A stretch of DNA of 64,000 bases. Origin: Bacteroidia bacterium (lineage in GTDB: Bacteria > Bacteroidota > Bacteroidia > UKL13-3). Position numbers and translations under genes: made by a program. The stretch lies in contig JBILVK010000002.1 of the NCBI GenBank assembly GCA_044370475.1, positions 9,383 through 73,382 of the forward strand, in the 5' to 3' direction. The notes below the pieces were generated by a model that was not told the DNA's origin, did not search any database, and saw only the letters and a program-made list of their open reading frames with translations. Below are positions 35,534-46,178 of the stretch, in pieces; the stretch's first letter is position 1; each line of letters begins with the position of its first letter.

Positions 35534-36868
35534 ATGGGCGAACCTCCTCCGGGTAGTATCTATTTACAGATTTTCAATGCTGCTCTTAGCACCTCAGATT
35601 CATTAAGTATTCTCTTTTATATTTTATTTATCGTTGTTTTTGTTGTTTTATCTGCAGCCTTTTCTGGCTCGGAAAACGCATTATTCTCTTTGTCTAAAGC
35701 CCAGTTACAAGAGTTAATAGAGGTTCCTGGCCCAAGAGCCAATGCCATAAACTTCTTATTGCGTTATCCCAAGAGACTCTTAGCAACCATTCTCATTGCA
35801 AATACTTTTGTAAACATTGCCATGGTATTGGTTTCTACCTTGCTTTTTGCTGCTATCTTTAATTTTTCTGCCTTCCCTTTTATTGGTTTTTTGGTGGAAG
35901 TGGTGCTTGTTACTTTTATGTTGGTGCTTTTTGGGGAGGTTATTCCTAAAGTGTATTCTTTTCAAAACAATGTTAAAGTTTCCCATCTCCTTGCAGTGCC
36001 TCTTTATTACACTTACAAATTATTTCAACCTCTAGTGTATTTGCTAGAACAAAGTACAACCATAATAGATAAGAGAATTACCAAAAAAGGTCATATTTTT
36101 TCTGTTGATGAGCTTACACATGCCATCGAAATTACTTCCGAAAAAGACGCTCCCAAACAAGAAAAAAACATTTTAAAAGGGGTGGTAAATTTTGGCAATA
36201 CCAATGTAAAGCAAATCATGAGGCAGCGACCAGATGTGGTGGGCGTTGATTTAGATACTGATTTTAGGCAACTCATGATTCAAATTGTAGATTCGGGTTA
36301 CAGTAGGGTGCCTGTTTTTCAAGATAATTTGGACCAGATAAAAGGGATACTTTTTACCAAAGATCTTCTTCCTTATCTAAATTATACGGATAATTTTCAG
36401 TGGCAAAAATTGTTAAGACCTGCCTACTTTGTGCCTGAGAGTAAAAAAATTGATGACCTACTTAAGGAGTTTCAATCTAAAAGAATGCACCTAGCTGTTG
36501 TGGTTGATGAGTTTGGTGGTACCAGTGGCTTGGTGAGTATGGAAGATATTGTAGAAGAGATTTTTGGCGAAATTCAGGATGAATTTGATGAGGATGAACA
36601 TGTTTACACGCGCATTAACGACCATACTTTTATTTTTGAAGGAAAGATGCTCATCAACGATATGTGTAAATACATGGAGATAGATGCCAATGATTTTGAA
36701 GACATACGCAATGATGCCGAAACACTAGGAGGGATGCTCCTTGAGCTTAATGCCCACTTACCCAAATTGGGTCAGGAAATAAAGTTTGATAGATACACGT
36801 TTAAAATAGAATCTGTAGATACCAGAAGAATTAAAAGGGTAAAAGTTAGTTTTGAACCAAGTATTTAA
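35534..36868 (+). CDS. gldE: gliding motility-associated protein GldE (CNNM/DUF21 membrane domain + CBS pair + CorC/HlyC domain)
   Basis: Domain order read from the sequence. Sits between ssb and gldD, as in the published Flavobacterium johnsoniae locus. Confidence 0.78.
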   Translation: MGEPPPGSIYLQIFNAALSTSDSLSILFYILFIVVFVVLSAAFSGSENALFSLSKAQLQELIEVPGPRANAINFLLRYPKRLLATILIANTFVNIAMVLVSTLLFAAIFNFSAFPFIGFLVEVVLVTFMLVLFGEVIPKVYSFQNNVKVSHLLAVPLYYTYKLFQPLVYLLEQSTTIIDKRITKKGHIFSVDELTHAIEITSEKDAPKQEKNILKGVVNFGNTNVKQIMRQRPDVVGVDLDTDFRQLMIQIVDSGYSRVPVFQDNLDQIKGILFTKDLLPYLNYTDNFQWQKLLRPAYFVPESKKIDDLLKEFQSKRMHLAVVVDEFGGTSGLVSMEDIVEEIFGEIQDEFDEDEHVYTRINDHTFIFEGKMLINDMCKYMEIDANDFEDIRNDAETLGGMLLELNAHLPKLGQEIKFDRYTFKIESVDTRRIKRVKVSFEPSI

Positions 36869-36870
36869 TC

Positions 36871-37446
36871 ATGCAAAAAATTTCACTTCTTTTATTACTA
36901 TCTCTCATCTTTGCTTGCAGCGATGACCAACAAACAACCCCAAGGGAAAGAGGTTTTCAAAGAATTGATTTGCCTCAAAAATCATACGCTAGATTTACTT
37001 TAGAAAACTGTAATTATAGTTTCGATTTACCTGCTTATGCAGAAGTAAAACCAGATCCATATCCTGCGGCGGAAGAATGCTGGTACAATGTTTATTACAA
37101 GCCTTTTGGGGCTACTTTACATTTAAGTTACAGGAAAGTGAAAGATAGAAAGGACCTCTTTAAATTGCTTAACGACTCCCGAGAAATGGTTTTTAAACAT
37201 GTAATGAAGGCCGACCAAATTGTTGAAAATTACATAAACACCAATCAAGTTCAAGGCATATTTTATGAGCTAGATGGAAGTACTGCCACCAATGCCCAGT
37301 TTTATGTAACAGATAGTACTAGCCACTTCCTTAGAGGCTCTTTATACTTTAATGGCAAAACAAACCAAGATTCTATTGCACCTGTACTTAAGTTTATAAA
37401 GACAGATATGCTTAAGCTAATAGAAACCTTGCAATGGGAAAAATAA
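36871..37446 (+). CDS. gldD: gliding motility lipoprotein GldD
   Basis: Lipobox LIFAC. ERGFQRIDLPQKSY resembles GldD. Immediately downstream of gldE. Confidence 0.7.
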   Translation: MQKISLLLLLSLIFACSDDQQTTPRERGFQRIDLPQKSYARFTLENCNYSFDLPAYAEVKPDPYPAAEECWYNVYYKPFGATLHLSYRKVKDRKDLFKLLNDSREMVFKHVMKADQIVENYINTNQVQGIFYELDGSTATNAQFYVTDSTSHFLRGSLYFNGKTNQDSIAPVLKFIKTDMLKLIETLQWEK

Positions 37447-37447
37447 G

Positions 37448-40400
37448 CTATCTTAATACAGTGAAATTGCCTTTTAAAGTGTGCTTAGATTGATCCCAGC
37501 CAGTATAGTTTACAATGTAAAAATACACATCAGCCATAATCTCATTCCCATCTACCTTCCCGTCAAATCCTTGCTTCTTGTCCTTGGTTTCAAATATTCT
37601 TTCTCCCCATCTATTGTAGATCTGTAACTGAAAGTCTTTCACAAATACAGGCAATGTCTTAAACTCATCATTTAAACCATCACCATTTTTAGTGTAGGCG
37701 TTTGGACAATAAACAATGGGGCTCTGAACCAAATCAATGGTATTAGATTTACTGGTTTGATTGTTTCCAAATATATTCTCGTACGCCAATACTGTATATT
37801 GGTATAGGCCATTATCATAATTCAATTGACCGTCATTAAACATCAATGGTTTTTCAGTTTTGGTAAATAGGGTCGACTCTTGGTAGATCCCTGGTTCTGT
37901 TTTTAATAACTCGTACCTGTTAATTCCTAAACTCCAATAATCGTATGGAAGCCAATTCACCTTATTTACAAAAGGCTCAGCATTGCCTTGTAATAATATA
38001 GTGCAAGCTTCTTTATTGTTTACACTGGTATTGCCACATAAGTCTACATTTACCAATCTATAACAATAACTTGCTTCATCTACATCCACATCTTCATCAT
38101 TAAAAACAGTATCTGTAAGCACCCGCTTCTCATCAACCATTTCAAAGCTTGAACTAAACCTTCCTTTACGTTTCCATATCTCATAACGCCAAAAACTGTC
38201 TTGCTCTGCACTCTCATAAACCAACTGTATCGATTTGTCATTTACCACGGTTGCGTTATAAATCTCGAGGTTGGGTGCAAACGTTAAAGTTCCCTTTAAG
38301 CAAGATGCCGTACTTGTATCTCCAAAATAGTTGCAATAGTCACTTGTGGTTAAAGAATAACATACTTTATTGCTTGGATTAACCAAATAATTATCTACAA
38401 AATAAGTGGTGCTTAAATCATTAAAAGTTGCAATCTTACTAGGTACCCCATTTTCAATTCTTAACAAATACAAAAACTGAGTGAGCGGTTTCTTATTTAA
38501 AACGCTCCATTCAACCAGTATAGAATCCTGACTCAACTTCTTAGGACAATACGCATTTCCTACCATAGCAGGTTCTTGGGGTATTACAATAAATTTTATG
38601 GTTTTAAATCCTTGTCTAAAATGAGGACAACTGTTATCTCTTACTTGTACAATAAATTCAATAGTGTCTGAACCAATTTCACTGCAGGTAGGTATCCATT
38701 TTAAACCCGCAAAACCTAAACCAACCCCATCTTTATAGCTAGTTGTCACTTGTGGTTTCCCAATAATATTTCCTCCTAATTTTATAAAAACTGAGTCTAA
38801 TGGATCCTTCGCATTCACAAAATAACTGCCGCTAAAAGTATCATAGGCATGCAATACAAAATACTCGGTATTTAATCCCAAAAAACTATTGGCATCCAAA
38901 CTATCTCCTTTATATAAACTGCATATCAACCTAGAAGTATCGCCCGCCAACCTACAACTGTTAAGGCTTTGCATTTGATAGCAATAGTTCAAATCTAAAT
39001 TCAATGGCGCATTAACATCCATAAAATTATTGGCCATCATATTATTTAATGAATCTAATAAGGCCATTTTACTTCCATTTACCGACCTATAAATTTGATA
39101 GTTTAAGAAGTCGGAATTTGGGGTGATGCTTATAAAATTTACTTGCAAGGTTTTATCATCTAAAACCTTCACACAATTTGGGTATGGCGGCTCAATGGGG
39201 TCAGAAATCAAAACAATTTTTATAACGCCTTTCACCTCGTTAGGTATTGGACAAGCAGCATCGTTTATCGTAACATGAATATAGAATGTGTCTGAACCAA
39301 AATCTGTACATAGCGATGTCCAATCAAGTTCACCTTCAATTAATCCCGGTATATCTTTGCTTATATTAATCTTGGCCGGACTTATAGCACGAGTGAGTAT
39401 ATCCGATTCAAAAACAGCGGTCATTTTATCTCCACCTGCATCTGTAATTTTAAACGGATAATTGAGGTTCTTACCAGCGTAAACGATCAATACAGTATCT
39501 TTAAACAAAGGCGGACTTACATAGGTTCTCATGTCAAATTTAAACAAGCCTAAATTACATCCTCCTTGGTTGGTATCATAAGCTCTCTTACCCGGATTAA
39601 GTCGGGAATAAGCAGTAGGAGTGGTTGGGAAATCGCTTAAGCCTCCACATCCTGCACATACTGCTTGGTAAACCACCCCCGATTTATCAAAATGGCTGGT
39701 TCCACCATCAACATGTTCTTGACTTTGACTACCTCCATAGAAACTAGCGTATAGTAATTCTTTAAAATCGGGAGCCAAAACCATGAGGTAAAAATCAGAC
39801 CCATCAGAAGTTTTTTGAAATGCATCGGAGGTTACAGGCATGCCAAAAACATGATCCATTCCATTGTGGTAAGAATTGTTTGTACCACCTCCCCATCCAC
39901 TCACATAAACCCTTCCACAAATATCAACCAGGAAGGCAGAAGGAGATAAACAAGGCATTATACTGCTTCCTTTTCCAAAGGTGGTTGTTAATAACAAAGT
40001 TGTTAAACTACTATTGTATTTCCTTACAAATTGTTTCGCATTAGCAACACCATAAACACCTGCACTCATGGTAAAGCTACCACTTGTTTGTCCCATGGTA
40101 TAAATATTATTCTGGGCATCTGTTTGCACAAAAAAAGCTTGGTCATAGGCTCCTGTGCCTACATAAATAACTCTCTGCTTAACCCCACTGCTAGAATATT
40201 TACCAATAAATCCATCTACTCCACCACCATAAGGAAATGAACTTGTTCCAAACTGAAGGTTACCACTGGTTGTACCGCCTCCAATAATGGGTTCATTTAA
40301 ATTATTTACGCAAACAGAATGCACAGATTCATCTCCAGTGCCTCCAATAAATGTACTAAACAAAATATTGCTTAACATTCCATTTAACTTCAAAAAATAT

Positions 40401-41788
40401 CCATCCTGAACGCCACCTCCAAAACTAGATTGAGAGGCATTAATAAGCGGAATCCCTTGGTTCTGCTTCGATTTAGTACAAGTAGAGACATAGATATTAC
40501 CTGCAAAATCTAATATCACTTCGCCCCTAAACCAATCAGCATAATTATAAGGCAACTGATGAGATTGCATTACAAAGCCTCTGTGTGCGTCGCCATTTAT
40601 ACCATCGTCTTCTGAACCTCCAATATAAGTAGAGGCTATCAAGTTGTTTCCAGCAGCATTTAACCTAAGTACAAACAAATCTGAATTGCCATTATGTGTT
40701 TTATCATAGGAACTATTGGTCACAGGGAAGTTAACCGAGTTGGTTGTGCCAAATACAATAATATCGTTGGATGTATTAATAGAATCTGATGCTACAGTTA
40801 TACTATGTGGTTGTTCATTGTCTGATCCACCCAAAAAAGTTCCGAATAATAAACTACTTCCATTAGGATTAAACTTCGCCAAAAAGATATCCCTAGCATA
40901 TTCTCCATCTACGCCACTTCCGCCATTAAAACTTACATCAAATGCACCAGCAGTATATGGGAAGTTTGCTGCATAAACTGTGCCTGCTCCATAGGCATTT
41001 CCATATTTATCATAGCTTGCTGCAAAACCAAAATTATCTGCCGGACTTCCCATATATGTCCCAAAAATCACTGCAGGGTCAATAACAATTGGGTAAGAAG
41101 GATTATATTTAGAAGGTTTAAATTGAACCAAATTACCACTTAAAATATATTGTGTGGCAATTACTTCTTGAACCTCATTAACAGTTTGGAAGCTCACAGG
41201 ATTCTCTTCCACAATTTCTCCTAAAGAGGTTTCTATATGTAGTCCGTTCTCCTTTAAAAACACCTTGTTAGCGCCTTCATAGCGTAATTTTATTTTGCTA
41301 ATATCAGCACCAGGTTGAGCTATAAAATTTATCTTAATTCCATCTTCCTGAGTTAAAATCTCCAAATCAATTCCAGGATAAATTTGAGTTAAGGTTATTT
41401 TTTTATAAGCATATACATTGCTTCTCCATTTAGATGCATCGCCCACAAAAAAGTTATAATATTCTGGACTTTTATAATCTTTTAAAACCTTCGGATTTGG
41501 GTTGGCTCCTTCAAAGTGAACCTTTACCGAATGAAATTTAACCTTATCAATATTTTCACCATGCTGCCTTTTGTGAGCGGCTTCTTTATCAATGAATAGA
41601 TAGGTTAGGGTATTGTTCTCTATAAAAATATTACCAATGGGAACGTCTGCTTTAAATAAAACATTTTTATCCCACTGACCTAAATTTTCTGTAAATTGTA
41701 TGGCTGTTTTAGGAAAGCCATTTGCTTGAACATCCTTGTTAGTATTAAACAAAAGGATGAACAAGTGCAATGCTGCCCCAAAATACAT
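37448..41788 (-). CDS. very large secreted protein (about 1446 aa) with beta-propeller (SBBP-like) repeats, Ig-like repeats and a T9SS type B C-terminal sorting domain
   Basis: C-terminus YCPNAYTKNGDGLNDEFK...IYNRWGERIFE... matches the type B / gliding-associated C-terminal domain. ATG at 41788 chosen because the track start is TTG. Confidence 0.78.
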   Translation of the reverse strand: MYFGAALHLFILLFNTNKDVQANGFPKTAIQFTENLGQWDKNVLFKADVPIGNIFIENNTLTYLFIDKEAAHKRQHGENIDKVKFHSVKVHFEGANPNPKVLKDYKSPEYYNFFVGDASKWRSNVYAYKKITLTQIYPGIDLEILTQEDGIKINFIAQPGADISKIKLRYEGANKVFLKENGLHIETSLGEIVEENPVSFQTVNEVQEVIATQYILSGNLVQFKPSKYNPSYPIVIDPAVIFGTYMGSPADNFGFAASYDKYGNAYGAGTVYAANFPYTAGAFDVSFNGGSGVDGEYARDIFLAKFNPNGSSLLFGTFLGGSDNEQPHSITVASDSINTSNDIIVFGTTNSVNFPVTNSSYDKTHNGNSDLFVLRLNAAGNNLIASTYIGGSEDDGINGDAHRGFVMQSHQLPYNYADWFRGEVILDFAGNIYVSTCTKSKQNQGIPLINASQSSFGGGVQDGYFLKLNGMLSNILFSTFIGGTGDESVHSVCVNNLNEPIIGGGTTSGNLQFGTSSFPYGGGVDGFIGKYSSSGVKQRVIYVGTGAYDQAFFVQTDAQNNIYTMGQTSGSFTMSAGVYGVANAKQFVRKYNSSLTTLLLTTTFGKGSSIMPCLSPSAFLVDICGRVYVSGWGGGTNNSYHNGMDHVFGMPVTSDAFQKTSDGSDFYLMVLAPDFKELLYASFYGGSQSQEHVDGGTSHFDKSGVVYQAVCAGCGGLSDFPTTPTAYSRLNPGKRAYDTNQGGCNLGLFKFDMRTYVSPPLFKDTVLIVYAGKNLNYPFKITDAGGDKMTAVFESDILTRAISPAKINISKDIPGLIEGELDWTSLCTDFGSDTFYIHVTINDAACPIPNEVKGVIKIVLISDPIEPPYPNCVKVLDDKTLQVNFISITPNSDFLNYQIYRSVNGSKMALLDSLNNMMANNFMDVNAPLNLDLNYCYQMQSLNSCRLAGDTSRLICSLYKGDSLDANSFLGLNTEYFVLHAYDTFSGSYFVNAKDPLDSVFIKLGGNIIGKPQVTTSYKDGVGLGFAGLKWIPTCSEIGSDTIEFIVQVRDNSCPHFRQGFKTIKFIVIPQEPAMVGNAYCPKKLSQDSILVEWSVLNKKPLTQFLYLLRIENGVPSKIATFNDLSTTYFVDNYLVNPSNKVCYSLTTSDYCNYFGDTSTASCLKGTLTFAPNLEIYNATVVNDKSIQLVYESAEQDSFWRYEIWKRKGRFSSSFEMVDEKRVLTDTVFNDEDVDVDEASYCYRLVNVDLCGNTSVNNKEACTILLQGNAEPFVNKVNWLPYDYWSLGINRYELLKTEPGIYQESTLFTKTEKPLMFNDGQLNYDNGLYQYTVLAYENIFGNNQTSKSNTIDLVQSPIVYCPNAYTKNGDGLNDEFKTLPVFVKDFQLQIYNRWGERIFETKDKKQGFDGKVDGNEIMADVYFYIVNYTGWDQSKHTLKGNFTVLR
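38666..38676 (+). repeat. partial iterated motif GTCTGAACCAA
   Basis: Encodes IGSDT in one Ig-like repeat. The homologous repeat carries the same word at 39290. Confidence 0.5.
39290..39300 (+). repeat. partial iterated motif GTCTGAACCAA
   Basis: Encodes FGSDT in the paralogous repeat, so this pair may reflect domain duplication. Confidence 0.5.
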
Positions 41789-41833
41789 TCGATATGAATA
41801 GCCAGTTTTCAAATTTTAGGTAAATATAATAAT

Positions 41834-42541
41834 ATGTTAGACAAAAATAAACCCAATTTAGTTGTTTTAAGTGGAGCAGGAATTAGCGCAGAGAGTGGAT
41901 TGGCTACTTTTAGAGACAGTGGCGGACTGTGGGAAGGCTACAAAATTGAAGATGTAGCCACGCCAGAGGCTTGGGTTAAGGACCCTCTTAAGGTGCTAGA
42001 TTTCTATAATTTACGTAGAATTAGCGCGCAAAATGCTCTACCCAATTTTGCTCATTTTTCCCTCGCAGATTTAGAAAATGATTTTAATGTTCAAATAGTT
42101 ACTCAAAATGTAGACGATTTGCACGAGCGCGCAGGCAGTACGAAAGTGCTTCATCTGCATGGAGAATTAAACAAAAGCAGAAGTACCAAGAACCCAAATC
42201 TCGTCTACAAAATAGATGGATCCAACCTCAATTATGGCGATAAATGTGAGCTAGGAAGTCAGCTTAGGCCCCATATTGTTTGGTTCGGAGAATCGGTGCC
42301 ACTGATTGAAACTGCGTCAAATTTGGTTCAGCAGGCTGATATATTTTTGGTGATTGGCACTTCATTGCAGGTATACCCCGCAGCTGGACTCTTGTCTTAT
42401 TTTGATGCATTAAAGCCCGTGTATTTTATTGATCCAAAACCCCTGAAAATGACCAATTATCCCAATATTCATTATATCAGTAAAAATGCAATTGAAGGGA
42501 TGAAAGAATTTACGCAAATCATGTTAAAGAAGCGTTCATAA
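41834..42541 (+). CDS. cobB: NAD-dependent protein deacylase, Sir2 family
   Basis: VVLSGAGISAESGLATFRDSGGLWE, QNVDDLHERAG and VWFGE motifs. Confidence 0.88.
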   Translation: MLDKNKPNLVVLSGAGISAESGLATFRDSGGLWEGYKIEDVATPEAWVKDPLKVLDFYNLRRISAQNALPNFAHFSLADLENDFNVQIVTQNVDDLHERAGSTKVLHLHGELNKSRSTKNPNLVYKIDGSNLNYGDKCELGSQLRPHIVWFGESVPLIETASNLVQQADIFLVIGTSLQVYPAAGLLSYFDALKPVYFIDPKPLKMTNYPNIHYISKNAIEGMKEFTQIMLKKRS

Positions 42542-42580
42542 CAATTTGTAATGTTTTAAAGATTTTTTTGTTGTTTTGCA

Positions 42581-42593
42581 CGGTCTGAACCAA
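42581..42593 (+). repeat. iterated motif copy CGGTCTGAACCAA (intergenic)
   Basis: Exact core; ends 5 nt before the ATG at 42598. Confidence 0.85.
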
Positions 42594-42597
42594 ACAA

Positions 42598-43401
42598 ATG
42601 GAAGTAAAAAGTGAATTGAAAATTGCCTTAATTCAACAAGAAATTGCCTGGGAAAATCTCCCAGCAAACCTTGAATATTTTGAGGATCTAATCTCCAAAA
42701 TTTCTCCTGATACAGACCTAGCCGTGTTGCCAGAAATGTTTAGCACAGGCTTTAGCATGAACCCAGAGAAATTTGAGGAAGAGTCGCTTCAAGCATCTGT
42801 TAATGCTATGCAAAGCTGGAGTGCGACAAATGGTATTGCAATCTGTGGTAGCCTCATGGTGAAGGAAAACGGAAGCTATTTCAATCGCTTTTATTGGTTC
42901 GAACCGAATGGAAATTCTAGCCATTATAATAAGGCGCATTTGTTTAGAATGGGAGAGGAGCAATTGCATTACGCTAAGGGGCAGGAGCAAGTTTTGATAC
43001 ATTATAAAGGATGGAAAATTGCACCTTTTATTTGTTACGACCTTAGGTTTCCGGTTTGGATAAGGCGCACTCCAGTGTATGATTATGATTTGCTCATTTT
43101 TGTGGCAAATTGGCCAGAAAGAAGGGCAAAGCATTGGAGGGCTTTAACTATAGCAAGGGCAATAGAAAATCAAGCTTTTTTGGTGGCAGTAAACAGAATT
43201 GGTGAGGATGGAAATGGGGTAAATCATTCTGGTGATTCACTTGCGATAAGTCCTATTGGCGAGGTAATTTTGGACGCTGCTGCTTTGCCTCGCGTTTTTT
43301 CTGTGAACCTAAAATATGCTGAATTGGAAAAATATAGAGAAGCATTTCCCGTTGGTCTTGACACAGATACCTTTGAAATTAAAAAGGCATGCAACGAATA
43401 G
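42598..43401 (+). CDS. carbon-nitrogen hydrolase family amidase (omega-amidase / YafV-like)
   Basis: Glu-Lys-Cys triad context: LPEMF, NKAHLF, FICYDLRFP. Confidence 0.82.
   Translation: MEVKSELKIALIQQEIAWENLPANLEYFEDLISKISPDTDLAVLPEMFSTGFSMNPEKFEEESLQASVNAMQSWSATNGIAICGSLMVKENGSYFNRFYWFEPNGNSSHYNKAHLFRMGEEQLHYAKGQEQVLIHYKGWKIAPFICYDLRFPVWIRRTPVYDYDLLIFVANWPERRAKHWRALTIARAIENQAFLVAVNRIGEDGNGVNHSGDSLAISPIGEVILDAAALPRVFSVNLKYAELEKYREAFPVGLDTDTFEIKKACNE
42894..42908. repeat. iterated motif copy, palindromic-core variant TTGGTTCGAACCGAA
   Basis: Inside the amidase gene; encodes YWFEPN. Confidence 0.85.
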
Positions 43402-43437
43402 TAGAATAATGTAGTCAATAAAGAATAACACAAGAAT

Positions 43438-44574
43438 ATGATCAAAAGAATAGTTATAATATTGCTTTTAATAGCCAACTCGCAATTTTTGGGATGGGCA
43501 CAATCGAAGAAAAAAAGCGACAAAAATGCAGAGCCTACTCCTCAGAAAATAGAGGCTGGCTTGGGTGTAATGGAGTTTTTTTACGACAATTACAATTTTA
43601 GAAGTATCAATGAAAAAGGGGGGCTAGTATTCCATGATTTTAAATTTAGAAATATTGGTAAAGGTCCTATCATCATTACTGATGTGATTACTACTTGTGG
43701 TTGTACGCAATCAAACTGGACAAGAGGTCCAGTGCAGGCCGGTGATACAGGAACTGTAAGGGCAACATTTGACCCTAATGGCAGATTGGGTGAGTTTGAT
43801 AGGGCTTTAACTGTTGTTACAGATGGCTCTCCCAATAGCTTTGCTCTTAGAATTCGCGGACAGGTTCAACCTATGAGGGTTAATTTTGCCGACACCTACA
43901 AGTATCAATATGGTAATATTGCGGTTAAAACTAATTCCATTCAGTTTCCCGCTGTTAAATCTAATTCATATGATTCTACAGAAATTGGATTATTTAATTT
44001 GAGCAATAAGAAAATTTTTGTTTATAAAATTGAGGCACCCAATAATATGCTTGTTACTCAGCCATACGATAATATTCCACCTAATACAGATATGAAAATT
44101 AAGGTGAAATATTACCCCAAAATGCCTTTAGAATATGGTCCTACCAAACAAGAGCTGAGATTATTTACAAGCGATGATTCTTTGCCTTACAAAAAGTTCT
44201 ACATCAGTGCTAATATTGTTGAGGACTTCAGTAAAATGGATAAAAAAGCACTGAAGAAGGCTCCTAAATTGGTGTTAAATACAGCCGAAATTGATTTAGG
44301 TAATGTGAAATTATTTAGCTCTCCGGTGGCTAAATTTACCTTAACCAATAAAGGAAAATCAGACCTTATAGTGAGAAGAGTAATCAGGTCTTGTTCTTGT
44401 TTAACTCCTGAATTATCTCAAACAGTAATTCCTAAAGGTAAAACTGCAACCCTCGATGTTGCCTATTCACTTGCAAATATGGCAGGACCCGATTCCAAAA
44501 CAGTGAAAATTATTACCAATGATCCAAACCAGCCAGAAATTACATTAAACATAAAATTAAATGTAACTGAGTAG
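43438..44574 (+). CDS. DUF1573 repeat protein, secreted
   Basis: FHDFKFRNIGKGPIIITDVITTCGCT and VRRVIRSCSCLTP are DUF1573-type motifs. Confidence 0.75.
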   Translation: MIKRIVIILLLIANSQFLGWAQSKKKSDKNAEPTPQKIEAGLGVMEFFYDNYNFRSINEKGGLVFHDFKFRNIGKGPIIITDVITTCGCTQSNWTRGPVQAGDTGTVRATFDPNGRLGEFDRALTVVTDGSPNSFALRIRGQVQPMRVNFADTYKYQYGNIAVKTNSIQFPAVKSNSYDSTEIGLFNLSNKKIFVYKIEAPNNMLVTQPYDNIPPNTDMKIKVKYYPKMPLEYGPTKQELRLFTSDDSLPYKKFYISANIVEDFSKMDKKALKKAPKLVLNTAEIDLGNVKLFSSPVAKFTLTNKGKSDLIVRRVIRSCSCLTPELSQTVIPKGKTATLDVAYSLANMAGPDSKTVKIITNDPNQPEITLNIKLNVTE

Positions 44575-44620
44575 CAAAATCTTTGCTTAATTATCTGATT
44601 ATTTCGTTATTTTTTGGCTT

Positions 44621-44628
44621 TATTTTTG
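44621..44628 (+). promoter_or_regulatory. candidate -7 box TATTTTTG upstream of the HtrA-like gene
   Basis: TAnnTTTG match 32 nt upstream of the ATG at 44660. Confidence 0.4.
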
Positions 44629-44659
44629 CAAGTTGATTTTTACAAAAAAGAATGAACAT

Positions 44660-46093
44660 ATGAGAAAATTTTCAATCGTAATTTTGGGTTTTGCTGGCGG
44701 TATTTTAGGCGCCTTTATGCTTAATTTTTTTCTTCCTAAAACTGTGTTTTTTGAAACTGCTCAAAGAAGCAATAGCAATTACGCCACTGTTGATTACAAA
44801 GGAAGTACTTTAGCATCTGCTGATTTTGTAAAGGCGTCTCAAGCCTCTACTCATAGCGTAGTTTTTATTAAAACACTAACCAACCAAAGGGCTTACCAAG
44901 ATCCATTTTTCGACTTTTGGAATGGGATGGATTTCTTTGGACGGAGAGGCCCCGTAGCAAGCTCTGGTTCTGGTGTAATTATGACATCAGATGGATATAT
45001 TGTCACCAATTATCATGTGGTTAAAAATGCAGATCAAATTGAGGTTATTTTAAATAATAACAAACAATCTTATCAAGCAAAGGTAATTGGAACAGACCCT
45101 TCCACAGATTTAGCCTTACTTAAAATAAATGCCAGCAATTTGCCTCATATGGTACTGGGAAATTCAGACCAAGTACAGGTAGGTGAGTGGGTTTTGGCTG
45201 TTGGTAATCCTTTTAACCTTACTTCAACGGTTACTGCTGGAATTGTAAGCGCAAAAGGTAGAAATATCAATATCGTGAATAATCAGTTTCCAATTGAAAG
45301 TTTTATTCAAACAGATGCCGCTATTAATCCCGGAAATAGCGGTGGGGCCTTGGTAGACCTTGAGGGTAAATTAATTGGTATTAATACAGCCATTGCCAGT
45401 AATACTGGTTCTTACAATGGATATGGATTTGCCATTCCTGTGAACATTGTAGCAAAAATTGTGAAAGACCTAGTTGAATACAAAGAGGTTCAAAGAGGAT
45501 TTACAGGTATTGATATTAAAGACATAGATGGCAACACTGCCCAAAGACTTAAGTTAAACAATAACCATGGTGTTATTGTAGATTATGTGCTACCAGAAGG
45601 ACCTGCCGAGCAATCTGGCATTAGGTCTGGAGATGTTGTTTTAAAAATTAACGACAAAGACATTGATAGCAAGGCCAATTTTGATGAGCAAATTGCCTAC
45701 CACAGACCTGGAGATAAAATTAAAGTACTTTATCTTAGAAATGGCAAACAAGAATCTACAATCATAACCTTGTTAAACAAAGAAGGCACCACCGCTATCA
45801 TGAAAAAAGGCACTGTAAGCTCTGATATTTTAGGTGCAGATTTTCAGCCAATTTCAAAACTAGAAAAGGATAAAACAGGTATTCAAAATGGATACAGAAT
45901 AAGCAATATTAGGCAAGGAAAAATTGCTCAAATGGGTATACAGGAAGGATTTGTCATAACCGCAATTAATAAAAAAGAATACCAAGATGTAAACGATCTC
46001 ATTAAGGCTTTAGAATCGTCTAGGGGTCAAACTTCCATTGAAGGTGTTTTTGCAAATGGTGGAAGAGGTGTATTTTCATTTTATATTTATTAA
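44660..46093 (+). CDS. HtrA/DegP-family periplasmic serine protease with two PDZ domains
   Basis: TNYHVV (His), DLALLKI (Asp), GNSGGALV (Ser). The track start is TTG, so the ATG at 44660 is preferred. Confidence 0.88.
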   Translation: MRKFSIVILGFAGGILGAFMLNFFLPKTVFFETAQRSNSNYATVDYKGSTLASADFVKASQASTHSVVFIKTLTNQRAYQDPFFDFWNGMDFFGRRGPVASSGSGVIMTSDGYIVTNYHVVKNADQIEVILNNNKQSYQAKVIGTDPSTDLALLKINASNLPHMVLGNSDQVQVGEWVLAVGNPFNLTSTVTAGIVSAKGRNINIVNNQFPIESFIQTDAAINPGNSGGALVDLEGKLIGINTAIASNTGSYNGYGFAIPVNIVAKIVKDLVEYKEVQRGFTGIDIKDIDGNTAQRLKLNNNHGVIVDYVLPEGPAEQSGIRSGDVVLKINDKDIDSKANFDEQIAYHRPGDKIKVLYLRNGKQESTIITLLNKEGTTAIMKKGTVSSDILGADFQPISKLEKDKTGIQNGYRISNIRQGKIAQMGIQEGFVITAINKKEYQDVNDLIKALESSRGQTSIEGVFANGGRGVFSFYIY

Positions 46094-46178
46094 TCAGATT
46101 TGATTACTGAGAAATATCATTTTGTTAAGAGTGGTAAATCCTTGAAATTGCAGTTTTAACCATTACTCAAAACAATAT

